Positions 1 to 13,365 of a stretch of 64,000 nucleotides of DNA are shown piece after piece. The notes below the pieces were generated by a model. That model saw nothing but the letters and a program-made list of their open reading frames with translations. It had not been told where the DNA came from and searched no databases. The number at the start of each line of letters is the position of its first letter. Position 1 is the first letter of the stretch. The stretch is from Octopus sinensis (Eukaryota), in the NCBI RefSeq assembly GCF_006345805.1, contig NC_042998.1:108934001-108998000 (forward strand). Reading direction: 5' to 3'. The translations under genes and the position numbers were made by a program.

Positions 1-9
1 TGTGTGTGT

Positions 10-45
<36 letters not shown>

Positions 46-2479
46 GTGTGTGTGTGTGTATATATGTGTGTGTGTGTGTGCGCGTATGTAAGTGAAATAA
101 GCTGATTGCATATATTTTGATAATTTAAATATTGGTGTACAATACGCCCCTCTCTCCGTATATGTATATGCAGACACAAAAGCACAACCGCGAACGCGCG
201 CATGCTGCGGAGGGCTTTGCTCAATCTCATTTTCCATTACGAGATACTTACCCCAAGACGTTCCCATGATGTCTGTAATCTCACGACTAAGGTTGGGCCT
301 ACATACTTACAACATTTAATGCTTCAGAGAAATTTGCTATGTGCATACTAATTCAATTTAATTACATTGCACTAGCGTATATTTAGTAAAAAAAAATTAT
401 GATAGTCGTATGTTAGGAAACTAGAAATGCCTGACTTTTCTGAAGCTATTTTTCTGAATGTACTTTCTCTTTCTAAAATTGTTAGTTAATTCTCCCCAAA
501 AGTAACAACTAAAGGACAAAACTATAAGAGCTTGTAAAACTGTAAGAATTATTGAATTATTGTTAGACTTAACATTTTGTTGCAGCTGTGATTTTATAAT
601 TTAATACCAAGTCAGACTCGATCTTGTACACATATGATCAAAAATGTTCCAGCTGTTAGCATTCCAATTATAACACATATGATCGAAAATGTTCTTGTTT
701 ACGAGCATATTGTAATGCTATACCTAAGGTTATATTTTAAATTTGTCATTCCATTTTTAAAACGTAGGATATGGCTCAAGGGTGAATGATATTTCTAGCA
801 GGTTTTGTTTTTTGGATTTGGCTTCCAATAGCAGTAATATCCAGGAATCTTTTCTATGACTCAACATGGTGGTATTGTGCTAGTATTAGAAACCATTATG
901 TCGAACAAAATACGATGTAGTATAAAAGTTATGGCTTATTTCGTTCTGAGTTCAACTCACACCGAATCAACTTTGCTTTTCATCTTTTAGATGGTGATAA
1001 ACTATTGCTGATGTAGCCACATAGATTCAACTCGACTATTCCCGTTCCAATAATGTGATGTACCGATTAGAAATAAATGTTTAGAAACATTTATTCATAT
1101 ATAAACGCGCATCAATATGTAGTTTTGCACAGCTATATTATATGTTCAAATCCCCAACAGTTCATCTTGAGTGGCAAAGCTAAATATATTTACTAATATA
1201 TTAAGCAAAATAAAAAGATAAATCTTTTTATCCGTAGAATTTGTAACAAAATAATTTGCGCAAATAAATTGTTTTTTGTAAATTGAAATATGAATTAAAA
1301 CATTACAATATACTGAAATCATAGATGGTTATCGAAAGATAATTTGCAAATAACTGTGGCTTGTTATGCTATCTCATATTATGCATGAGCTACGTGCCAG
1401 AATCGTCTTCAACCTTTTGTAACGGTAAACTAAATAGTACCAGTCTTTGTTATTGCTGTTTAGCCTCAGCTTAGCACGGAAAAGTAGGCATTAGACCAAA
1501 GTCCCGATCATCACATCTTATTTTGAATTAGTGTACATTTCTTAAGACAGTAAATTGGTATTCAAAGAGTTTTGATTGCCATCTTTAGCAAGTTGGGAGT
1601 TTCTCTTAAGGAAATGGACGAAATCTTCTTATTGATATTTTTTTAATGCTATTTAGCTGTAGGTTTTCTGGAAAAGGTAGATCAATAATCAAATGTGTTT
1701 GAAGCTTTACTATCGATAGTTTATCTGGGACTACTTTATTCAACGCGTCCTTACTTTTTAATGACTATAGAATGTAATTTGGGGCGAGTGTTGCTGCTAT
1801 TCTTAGTAGGTTGAGCGATCATGTGGTGGGCTTCGAAACACATATCTTCTAAAACAAATTGTTGTGCAATTATAGCTGTATGAGAATCACTTTAATTAAT
1901 AATGATTTGTCAGAGTCCTACATATATGAAATATAATTAGGTGTCCATCTAATTGAATCAATATAACTAACGAGCCGATATTAAATATCTTTAATCACGA
2001 ACCCTACAGTCATAAAAAGATATACATAAATTAGGTAAGATATTCTGGAAACAAGACTAGAGTAACGTCTGCAACGTTATTCTTTTTTTATAGATCTGCT
2101 AGTACAGGGTTGCACTCAGGAAAAACAATAACAACTATCATTAATGAAACCCAAACATATTCTGACTGTAATTTTCAGCAACATTTACTTTTGAAAAACT
2201 AGAATTCAGTTTAACAGATTTTGCACAGTATACAAATGTCAAACCATCCAAATTTATGCAGCATCTCACAATCTCATATCAATCTTTCGTTCAGCTTCCA
2301 ATAAACTCTGCTATTCTTTCTTTCTATTTCTCAATCTTTTCCTTTCTTTTGTTTACTTTAAATCAGTTTTATTGTCTTTTATTTTCCCTCTCACAGAACC
2401 GATATAATTCAAGAGACACTTGTCTCACTTCTCACTGTCTCTTATTTTTGTATCCGTCTTCCTTCTCTTCTTACATTTC

Positions 2480-2510
<31 letters not shown>

Positions 2511-2795
2511 AACCTCTACGCCCTTTCTTGCTCTACATTTCTTAACAGTTTTCTTACTTCTTTTATGTTCACATTCTTGAGTCTTCCTTCACCATCTTCC
2601 TTTCTCTTTCATATTCTTTCTGTCTGTTCTTTCACTACTCTTACAAACTAACTTTAGCGTACATATAACGCATTTTTCTCTAATATTTCAAATTAATTTT
2701 CTACTTCCTTCTCTGTCCCACTTCTCTTTTCCCCTCTCTCACATTGTGCGTCTATACTACAAAGGTTATTGTTTCCTCTATGATTCAACTGCCAT

Positions 2796-2830
<35 letters not shown>

Positions 2831-2944
2831 TATATATACACACACACATATATATATATATATGTGTGTTAGTGTGTGTGAATGTATGTACGTATGTTAG
2901 TGTGTGTGTAGGAATATATATATATATATATATATAATATATAT

Positions 2945-2978
<34 letters not shown>

Positions 2979-3024
2979 GCTATATATCTATGTATGTATA
3001 TGTGTGTGTGTATGTTTGTATAAC

Positions 3025-4470
3025 CGATCCCACGATCTCCTTCGATGTGGCGACAATGCCGACATTTTCGACTTTATTGGTCTACATATCTGGGACACCT
3101 TAGGGAAGAAGGAAGAAGCTCTCTTCAGCGCTCTTTGGTCACTACAGAGATGACGGTCTGACAATTTCTAGAGGAGGCAATGGGCAAACTCTCTATAGAC
3201 TTAGGAAGGACCTTAAGAAGCTCCACGAGATTCACAAAAACAATCAATACCAACCTCACTCTCGTAAACTTTCTGAGCGTCACGCTAATCTTGGGCACCG
3301 GTTCATGCAGGCCCTGCCGCAAACCAAACGAAAGGCTGTTCTACGTCGACACAACCTCTTGCCATCCACCTACTAGGTTCAGGAATCTCAAATCTGTCTT
3401 CGAATCAAGAAATGTTCAATCTTGTAGGTCCCCTATTACAACGAAGCCCTGGCATCCAGTGGTTTTAAGGACCCGCATCTCCTATATGCCGATCCTAGCA
3501 CCAGCAAAAGGAAACACCACTGGAAGGTCGTTTGTTTTGCCTCACCCTTCTCCCACAACGTTAAAACATGAGTGGGAAGGATATTTCTTAGGTTAGTAGA
3601 CAAGCACTTCATGCAGACACGGGTATGAACGTTTGTTCAATAGGTACAACCTAAGGACAACCTTGAGTTGCGCGACCAACATTAGAATAATATTAGTGAA
3701 CACACTTGAAACGCGAGCAGAGGCCAGTTGCTCATGCAGAAAGTGTAATGACTGCCCAGTGTGGAGGCCAATACGAGGCTGAGGAGGTTGTATATGAGTC
3801 TGTGGTGGTATCCGGCCTTAACAACGAGAATAATAATGCAGCAACGTATTAAGCGGCCGAGACACCAACAGGAACAAGACAACTGCTATCGCAGCATCAA
3901 CACCAGCACTACGGCCGGAGATGGCGGCCGCGTCAGCACCAACACAACTGCCGTTCCCACATCCAGGAATAACAACACCGACGAGAGCCACAACACCCCC
4001 TCGAACAGCAGCAGTAACACCAATACTGCGGCTGGAGATGACTACTACGCCTGCAGCAGCAAAAGCGGTATCACCGGAACCACGTCATGTAATAACAGCA
4101 CCGACGTCACCGACATTAGCTTCACCAACAGCAGTGCCAACAGCAACAGCAACATCGGGCTCAGGTCCAACGGGAGGAGCACCAGAGGCAATAATACAAC
4201 TAGCACTCAAGTTCGGAGAAACATTGGTTCAGCTGGAACTGATTTTAAGCGACGCCTGTACAACCATAGGTCCTCTTTTAGGATTCCAGAAAGATGTTAG
4301 GTTACGTTCTTAGCGAGCCACTTGTGGCCCCTTAAGGAGAAACTGGGGTTTTATATAAGGGGGCAAGGATCCTTAAAGACTCACTTGATTCGGACCCTTC
4401 TAAACAGCAGGGTCCGAATGGCACTGCTGTCACTTAACAATTAAAACTCTGTTTTATTATACACTTCAGT
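3025..4470 (+). mobile_element. Penelope-like retroelement remnant (Naiad-type): RT C-terminal half plus GIY-YIG endonuclease, frameshifted
   Basis: Manual translation across frames gives GHYRDDGL (3137-3160), a PHPFSHNVKT..GRIFLRLVDKH-like segment, LFNRYN, C..CP.GG...EVVY (3787-3795), then NIGSAGTDFKRRLYNHRSSF and HLWPLK. These match Naiad/Chlamys-type PLE RT and GIY-YIG motifs. Confidence 0.85.
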
Positions 4471-4519
4471 TACAAAACTTTCATTACTACATATCACCGT
4501 AACGTCTAAATACAACGAT

Positions 4520-4750
4520 GAGGGCTCCAGTTGATCCGATCAACAAATCAGCCTGCTCATGATATCAATGTACGAGTGGTTGAGAACTCCACAGACACGC
4601 GCACCATTAACAATACAAGTACTAATCATTTTTGCCAGCTGAGTGGACTGGAATAATGTGAAATAAAGTGTCTTGCTCAACGACACAGCGGGGTAATCAA
4701 ACTCCCGACTTTACGATCGTGAGTCGAATACCGTAACCGCTAAGCCACCT
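4520..4750 (-). mobile_element. tRNA-derived SINE, family B
   Basis: Minus strand begins ggtggcttagcggttacggtattcgactcacgatcgtaaagtcgggagtttgattacc (A/B-box-like), then ttgagcaagacactttatttcac and ctcagctggcaaaa. Matches copies at 5565, 24380, 34800 and 58335. Confidence 0.8.
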
Positions 4751-5564
4751 ATTAAAAGATAAAAAAAAAATAGCTGGGAACCAAAATATCGTCTGTGCAC
4801 CAAGAAGTTATTTAACCAAAATCCAGCTTTTTCTGCTGTCAGTTAAAAGTAACGCGTGTGCTATCACTTGTAAAGCTAATTACTTATTTCAGCAAGTACT
4901 AGTTTTCATTGTGATGTACGTAAAACTGTAAATATTATACCCAGTATTTTAAAATTTCTTCCTGCACTTTGGGCCGCATTTTGACATCTTTCTGGGGCAT
5001 GTTGTACTACTGTCATTATCAAATTATCTGAAAGATGTTTCTTCAAATATCCAAACCTGTTTTCTTTTTTCTCTTTTTCAAAAGTAGCTTAAAATCTTCT
5101 CTGTCTGCTTCACCCGAATTGTCATCCTGATAAGAAGTGTAAGAAAACTGATGAGACGCAGCATTATATTCTGATTTCATATCAGAAGAAACTCCTCCAC
5201 TGCACTCACCTCATCTACTCTCCCTACTTCCTCTACTTCTTTCTATCCAGGCATCTAATAGCCATCTTTCCCGGTACTCGTCGTTTCTAGCTTTCTCTTT
5301 TGTCTTATTGCGTGTTCCATCTGGTTACCTTCTCCATCTGAGATGTAAATATGATAAATTATTCAATTATTTGTGCAGGCAACGATATTACTGTAGATAT
5401 CACATTAAACATGAAAAGTAATACATAAAACCGCAGGTATAACATATCATTACTTTATTCTCTGTATATGTATACACATATATTTATGTACGCGTTACGT
5501 GCATCTTCCAGCACTATTCAGCCTAATAAGAATAAAAATTGTAAAAAAAAACTGGCACTCTATC

Positions 5565-5865
5565 GGTTATTATGACGTGGGTTCCAGTTGATCCGATCAA
5601 CAGAACAGCCAACTCGTACAATTAACGTGTAAGTGTCGAGCACTCCACAGACACACGGACTCTCAGGAAAATCAGTGCGATACATGATGTGACTTTGAAA
5701 TATAGGTACTATTGGCTATTTTGAAATACAGTTACTACTCATTTTTGCCAGCTGAGTGAACTGAAGCAGCGTGAAATAAAGTGCCTTGCTCAAGGGCACA
5801 CTGCCCTGCCGGGAATCGAACACCCGACCTTACGATCGTTATCCTAATATCCTAACCACTAAACC
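5565..5865 (-). mobile_element. tRNA-derived SINE, family B
   Basis: Shares gttccagttgatccgatcaac, ccagctgagtg and gtgaaataaagtg.cttgctcaa with the 4520 copy; tRNA-like head at the right end. Confidence 0.8.
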
Positions 5866-7125
5866 ATTATGTACTTAGCCTACTATAACCCTGTAAATAC
5901 ATTTTATGGTTATCCTTACTGTCGAACAGACTTACAGTTTGTTACATTCATTTTGCATTACGTAAACACGAAAACTAATTAGAATCGTTAAGACTATCAG
6001 AATTTATACCTAACGAGTGTTTTTACATTGGTCTCACTCATTAAATGAGGAATCTACATTAACACCTGCCTGAGAGACTGCAGAGCATCTTGGACAAGGA
6101 AGTTATCAGAATTATTTCTATTTCACACTTTGTTTAATTGTCACCTTGAAATGGTGACGTCGCCGCACCCTCTAATCACCCCTTTTTACACGCCACTGCC
6201 AACATCCTGTTTGTAACCTTTTTGCTTTTTTTATGGCAACGTCGCCCTTTTTAATATAGGCTATGTGAAGCACATAATTTTGCTATAATTCCGACCCAGT
6301 ACCATTCCTGCGTCAGTAGATATGGTTGAAGCGTATTGGATACTACAGAGAATTATTTTCCAATAATTTGTTACTGTAGGATCTTTGGTAATCTCTTCTT
6401 AGTTATAACCAGTTATCTGTATTCCACAGTTTTTGGAACCGCATTCATACTTTCTATTTTTAATGACCCATTATTTAACATTTTCATTTGTAAATAGGAA
6501 GTGGTTGAGGATTGTTCTAACTTAGTTATATAACTTTTCCTGAATAATATTTGCGAATTTGTGTATAATAATGTAGATTCCCAATTATAATGGTTACAAG
6601 AAAACTAGAAACTATGTATATCAACCGAGCTTTTCCTCCCCGCAGGCCCACAAACTATTTTTTCACTACTTTCTATACTCTTCACAATGAAAAAACATTT
6701 GTATATTTATTTAAAACAGGTATCTAAATCAAATCAACCAAAAATGCTCTGTAAGGAATTCTACATTAATTAGTCGACATTGTCAGTGTATACATTGTTA
6801 TAGTTATTTAACTGATTAACCTTAGTTGTTCTAGTTTGCAATGTAAATAAATATAAGCTAAACTCTCTGATGATATTACAGGTAGACTAGAGATTAATCA
6901 GGACATTTCAATATTTGCTATCCTCGGAGAGATAAGACTTATAAGCTTCGTGTCTATTTTGCACAGTGAGATTTAAATTCTTATTAAAAAGTATACCATC
7001 AATACATATACATATGTATATGCATATATACACCTACCTAACTACACGCATACATACATACACACTCATTAATATCTACATGCACGTACACACAAATACA
7101 CACGCACACGTATATATTTATATGG

Positions 7126-7127
<2 letters not shown>

Positions 7128-7156
<29 letters not shown>

Positions 7157-7181
7157 TGTATGTATGTATGTATGTATGTAT
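7128..7181. repeat. (TATG)n microsatellite
   Basis: Direct reading. Confidence 0.95.
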
Positions 7182-8224
7182 AGGGGGTTCCTGCTGAATT
7201 TTGAATCATTGCGCTGAGGTTCCTGAGTTCCTGGGTCACGACCTACCATACTGCCATGAAGGATAAAATCAGTTATGTAAAATTGTGTTACCGTAAAAAT
7301 CATTAACTCCTGCACGAACTTGGCTCCACCATTCAGATCGGCTGGTGTTTAACCGACTGACCTGAATCTTTCCGCCAAATAATTCGATCGAACTTTCTAG
7401 GAAAAACTCTGTTGTGGTTATATAAAGTTTGCGAAATGAACCCAGGCAGAGCCATCCTGAAGTCCACGCGGAGCCTTGTAATTCATGTAGGTGAGATGCT
7501 CTATTACCCTCTGCGTTTTCTCACTGATCTGCCTCAGAAGCTACTCGAAACTATACCATTTACTTTTGTGATAATTCTTTTTATTTATTTATTTCATATT
7601 ATGTAGCATATTTTATGCAATAAAAACTGCTTGGTGTAAATATACCGAGTAAATAAAAAATAAGGAAAAATCATATAACCACTACTATGATGATTATGAA
7701 TGCAATAAGCAGCCCACCAAATACGGTTATTTATCAATAATTATTTAACAACCCGAATACACATACTAAATATGTATGTATATATCTTGTTATAAAATAT
7801 ATTACCTGATATAGAACAAAAACAATCAAAAGTTGTAGCCCTTACAATTGGGAATCTACATTATTATACACAAATTCGCAAATGTTATTCAGGAAAATTT
7901 ATATAACTAAGTTAGAACAATCCTCAACCACGGTATATGTAACACAAATTCTTGGCTTCTGGACAAATTTTCGGTAAATATTTACTCACATTATTTTACG
8001 CAAAGTTGCCAGCTGTAATCTCTGTTTCTATTTAATGTATGAATTACCCAAAATACAAAGGGAAAGATGTTTTTGTGAGCTCAAACAAAAGTTGCTTCAA
8101 AATACTACATCGTTTAGGTGATGAATTTTTTTAACAATTAAATCCGACTATGAATAATAGAATGAGTACAGTGTCCAGATTATGGATTTAAGTGTTACTA
8201 CTGTTACTTTGGAAGTTTGTAATA

Positions 8225-8400
8225 ATGGTTCCAAATTTTTGGCACGAGACCAGCAATTTTTGAAGGGAGGGTGAAGCCAATTATATCAACCCTAATACTT
8301 GACTGGTATTTGTTTTATCGATGCCAAAAGGATGAAAGGCAAAATTAACAACGGTGGAATTTGAAATCGGAACATAAAGACAGATGAAATGCTGTTAAGC
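8225..8400 (-). mobile_element. tRNA-derived SINE, family A (degenerate)
   Basis: aaggatgaaaggcaaa..ggtggaatttgaa..gaacataaagacagatgaaat is the reverse complement of the 37400 copy. Confidence 0.7.
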
Positions 8401-9980
8401 ACTCACACACGCATTCGTGTGTGTGTGTGTGTGTTTCAGTGTAGTCCATATTTATACGGAAATGAGTATGCAAATATGTACTTTTCCCTCTCTCTCCACT
8501 GTCTATCCTTTTTTCTCTTGCTGTATATTTGATGCGTGTGTGCGTGCGTTTGCGCGCCCATGTGTGTAAAATGCTAACACAAACAACGTGTACTGACACA
8601 TAGGTACGCTCATACACGCACAAACACGAGGGGGCATGTGCGGTTATAAGTATACATATGTGATTTCGTGGATACTCTGTGCTTTTACATCTCCTTATTT
8701 TACTTTGATTCTTACCGCCACCTCTTGAAATGCAACTGTTTCTATTTAAATAATTACACCATCAATTTCCCATTTCTATAAACCTGGGTATGTATTAAGT
8801 AAACCAAGGCTGGGGATTTTTTCCAGACAGTATACGTCTGCGCATGTGCGTACACACGCGTGTGTGCATGTGCGTGTGCGTGTGTGTCCCACTTTTTTAC
8901 GTTGCACTTTATCCAACAATAAATTTTCTCTTTTGTAGGGGGTATCTTAATATTGCCTTCCATGTGTGTGTATGTGCGTGTGCTTGTGTATATGTGTATA
9001 TGTGTGTAGACACCAATCTACGCCGTTACAGTCACTATCTGCTTACATTCAAATATACTCTATGAAATGTATTGAGTGCTTTGCATCTGAGTTTCACTGA
9101 CGATGCATGATTAAATATGAATTGCTATTGACTAATTAGCATAAATTTGATAAGCCATAAATATTCGCATATGAGCATCCAAATTACATTAACATTATCT
9201 GTGCCCCTGTATGAGTTGTACATACGTGTGGTTGTGTGTGTGGGTGTGCGTGTATGCGCACTCGCATGGTGTAAATATGACTGTATGTATATGAATTCGT
9301 ATATATGTGTGTGTGCATGTGTGTATACGTGTGTGTATTTTAGGATACAATTACATCATTCTGATAGTTATATGGCACTTTATAATTTTGCGGTATGTCA
9401 TGTTTATCTAAGTAGACATCTGAAGAAGTAAAACTGCGCTGAGTTCCTCAGTACATATATAGGCCGAAGGCTTAAAGAGTCTTTCTCTTTCACCATATGT
9501 AACTTGATGTTTACTGCTCTCCTTTCAATATGTTTATAACTTTTACCTTACTAATTCTTTTGTTTTCACATTCACTCTTCTTTTTTACTTCATGAAAAGG
9601 GCTCTTACATCCTTATTTAATCAGAAATATTCCTTACCTCTGCCTGTCGGTATACATTCATACATATATAAGCATGTGTATGTATCTATGTATGTAGTTC
9701 GTCAATGAACACGTCTAGCAAGACACAAATATGCACATATACATTGAAGTTAATATAGTTACACACATTGAAGACATACTAAAACAGATACAGTAAACAA
9801 TTGTCACGTTTCCAATTTCTCCTGCACTTCCGTGAATAGATGAATTCGTTGGTCTAAGCACCAGGTGTTACCCTTGGTGTGTGTAATATGTATATACATG
9901 CATATATAAATAGATATATATATCTATACACACACACACGCACATATGTATGCATAAATGTATATATATATGTATAAATG

Positions 9981-10015
<35 letters not shown>

Positions 10016-10229
10016 AAGCTTAAAAGCCGCCCTATTGGGTGGCTTTTAAGCCTGCTCCTGTGGAGGGCTCTTCATCAGGTCTTGGGACGAACAATGACAT
10101 TTCATGAATTGAGTACATGTAAACATTTTTTAAACTGCTGCAATATTTTTCAGGCAATGAACAACTTTCATCAAAACAATGATATAGTGTGTCCACTTGG
10201 AACTTATTGCAAAGTTGCATGATAAACAA

Positions 10230-10645
10230 CAGTACCACTACATCTGTGAGTGCGATTTCCTGTATTGGTGTCTTTACGACAGGCGGAGGGCATTCTGCTT
10301 TTATGTGGCCTTTTTGACCATATTTAAAACATCGAGGCGTCCTGTCATCCACCACAACTCTTACAGTTATAGTTTCCACTATCTTTCGAAGTCTCCCGGG
10401 GCGGATGGATAATTATTTCCAGGACTCGTCCTTGCCAATTCCTTTATGGAACAGGTGTGGCTTGGGGGACCACAACTCTCTCTTACAACCCTAATAGGAT
10501 GGCGGCCACCAGCCAGGCAACATTAACCTCTTCTACCCTTACCCTGGAAGCATGCTTTCCCAGGTAAACGGGTAGAAGAACCACCTCATCTATTTTGAGG
10601 GAGGTTACGGAATGCTGCCTGGTCAAATCTTCCGTCGCAAACTGC
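10230..10645 (-). mobile_element. Gag-like/LINE ORF1 fragment with a degenerate CCHC knuckle, nested in the Naiad 3' end
   Basis: ORF 10032..10379 contains RTPRCFKYGQKGHIKAECP (Cx2[C>Y]x4Hx4C); an upstream frame reads VNVAWLVAAILLG. Exact clade uncertain. Confidence 0.55.
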
Positions 10646-10649
10646 CCTC

Positions 10650-12856
10650 TTCAAATCGTGTAAGAAAGAGTGGTAGAGTTACAATATTTTGCGTTCGAGA
10701 AAGAATTTATTTCAACCCTATATCGCATTTTGAAATTAAGCGTGCTCCCAATGTATACTTTATTGGATTGCTCTCCTCCTTTAACTACACATTTATAAAC
10801 CACATTTGCAGAACCCAGCAAGGGAACATATATTAGGGTTTCTAAAATTACAAGTTTTCCCAGACACCACATTGTCACTAATACTGTTATTAATATTATT
10901 AACCTGGTTTCTTGCCTTCCTAGTCGCAGACATCAGTTTCTCTGGGTCTGGGGATGCTGATGCGTGTAGCAAGTTAGCATTATTAGGAGCATCCTTATTA
11001 ATGCTCTCGATCCCATTACCAAATCTTACACCAAAGGGAAGGCCCATATTAACTTGCCTACTTATTTTGTTTTTATTCGTGGATGCAATAATAGACCCGA
11101 AGGTTGGCATTACCGAGTATGAGAACTTAATAGACGACTTGTTACAAACGGAAAAGTACTTATAATTCCTAGGAAAATTATCCTTCAAATCCTTCAAATT
11201 CTTTTAAAAAATTACCTAGATAAGTCCCTAACCCCAAAAGAAAAAGGTGGGGCAAACCAAATAACTTCACGTATTCTAGAACATGAACTCTTGGTTATAC
11301 TTGATTTTTCAAGGTTAATTTTATCGTTTTTATAATTAATATTATTAAAGCTATTGAATTTCCTATATCTATTCCCAACATTTTAAAATAAATTCCTAAC
11401 CAGCCAATTTATTCTTAAGTTTCGTATTGGGTATGTATGTGATTTTACTATTAAAAACACTTAACCTTAAAGCATTATTATACAATGGTGCATACTGATC
11501 AAAATTATCCTCGTTCGCCGATAGGTTAGAAATTCTAATCGAAATAGCAGTAACTATGCTACCGATAGATGATTTCAGATGATTCGAGGAGGGGTAAATT
11601 TTCGATAATGATTTATTCGGCCTACGGAATGGATAATATAGTCCCGTATCTAGATTTAAAGTAACATCCTGAAAGTTCACAATCCTAGAATTAACATTAA
11701 ATACAATGTTGAGGTTAACGTTTTTTTTTTGAAACTTCTCAAAGATTTCCTTACTCTTTCTAATGCTGTCTTAGACAGGCCACGCACGGCCTGGAGTGCA
11801 TCGTCCCTATACAATCCCCCGATTAAATGAGGAAAACTATCCTTAATCTGAGAAAGGAGATATAGGCCCACCAAATCGGTCGCCTACGCAGAATCCGAAG
11901 ACCCCATAGTGATGTCAAAATAATTAAGGGAATCCACCCCCATCCAATTATGCTCATTGAAAGAAATGAGAGTCTACCTAACCGCCAGTATAATATCAAT
12001 ATCGGACTTAGGGATGTCCACAAACTTACGCGCAAAACTTAAAGCTTTATTCAATAATATGAGAGAAATTGAATTATAATAATTTGATATATCAAATTGA
12101 ATGAAATTTAAATTTTGTCTGTCCGCAAAGCAATTAAGCCAAACAATAACATCCCCAGTGGAGTTCCACAATGGAAGCCGGACCTTATTCCTCACAAAGG
12201 GAATAATGCGATCAATGATGTATTTACTAATTTTGCCTAGATCCGACTTCGTCGAGCAGATCAATCTAACAGGATTCGACAGAAAATCGTGCTTGTGGTC
12301 CTTCAAGAGATAGTAAGCAGTTTTAGGTACATAAGGTTGTGTTCTATCGAAGAGGCCCAACTTTGAAATAATATAAAGATGAGTATCATTGATGTGCTCC
12401 AGCGCATTCTTTTTCACGTGTTTATATTCAGAATCAAGTTCCTTAAGTATCATATCATTGTAAATACCTAGCGGCACGGAGTAAAAACTTCCGGTTTTAT
12501 CCGAAGGAATATGCAGATCCGGTGAAGATTTAATGAAAGATATTTTCTCCGATAAGACTTTCCGAAAAGGGTTTGTGTACCTGGAAAACTTCAAATTCTT
12601 AATTATATTCATTAAGTTCCTTTCAAACTTAGCAAGATCCAGATTAGAAGTGGGATTCCTACATGTTTTAAGTTAATACCTATTTTCAGTTCCGTTCCTC
12701 TTATTATCATTTCCTTAATTTTTTTAAATCCAAGAAGGCACGACATCTCAGCCTGTTAACGAACTCCGTGGTTTTATGGATGAGTGATTCCATATACATG
12801 CTCAATGGGCATTTGGGGATGTTCTTAGTCGAGGGACCCAAAAATTATTTATTCAT
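10650..12856 (-). mobile_element. Near full-length Naiad-type PLE ORF (RT + GIY-YIG), pseudogenised
   Basis: Ordered motifs: STKNIPK, RLRCRAF, DLAKFE, PSDKTGSFY, HKHDFLSNPVRLICSTKSDLGKISK, FIQFDISNYY, FDITMGS, GGLYRDDAL, VNFQDVTLNL, IIWFAPP-like, CNFRNPNICSLAGFC, NVVYKC..KVYIGSTLNFKMRY. Several stops and frameshifts. Confidence 0.93.
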
Positions 12857-13137
12857 TTTGCAGCCTATATGAAGCATTCGAAGGAGCAAATGAAAGTCAC
12901 AAAAATATAATTTTAAATTCCGCTTTTCCTTATAGGAATCGAAAAGTAAATTAAGTACAAAGCTGCAAAGGGAAGTGGTCAAGTAAAAACCGAGACAAAA
13001 GACAATCTTAGTGATTAAAAAATAAGCAACATAATTTGGTTATACAACTTCAAATCGCCCCCACGTAATTACACCGTCGAATATAACTACGTATACGCTT
13101 TTTTACAGGTTTTCACATGTTTTTGTATATGCGTACA

Positions 13138-13168
<31 letters not shown>

Positions 13169-13169
13169 A

Positions 13170-13365
13170 GTCTGTGTTTCTCCCCCCCCCCACCGCTTGG
13201 CAATCGGTGTTAGTGTGTTTACATCCCCGTAGCCTAGCGGTTCGGTAAAACAGATCAAGAGAAGAGAGAATAAGTGTCTGACTTAAAAAGTAAGTTCTGA
13301 AGTCGAAGGGTTTTAACACTTCAAGGCGGTACGCCAGAATAGCCGCCTTTTCAAACAAGAGAAGG
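13170..13365 (+). mobile_element. SINE family C, 3' half
   Basis: ccaccgcttggcaatcggtgttagtgtgtttacatccccgtagcctagcggttcgg...agaataagt matches the 40570 and 48180 copies. Confidence 0.8.

Noticed and set aside
241-305. Minus-strand GG|GTAAGT donor with a short open frame (PNLSREITDIMGTSW)
   Set aside because: No polypyrimidine acceptor and no recognisable homology.
1600-2120. Faint PLE-RT-like words on the minus strand
   Set aside because: Part of the region is repeat family D, and the remaining motifs are too degenerate to support.
4388-4419. 11-bp stem hairpin
   Set aside because: It lies within the decayed nuclease C-terminus and has no ribozyme core; probably chance.
5148-5200. CTGATGA ... 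GAAA
   Set aside because: The spacing and stems do not fit a hammerhead.
10650-12856. Selenocysteine-encoding Naiad (known in this clade)
   Set aside because: The stops inspected are TAA, TAG, or a TGA at a probable Trp position. Frameshifts indicate decay, and no SECIS was recognised.
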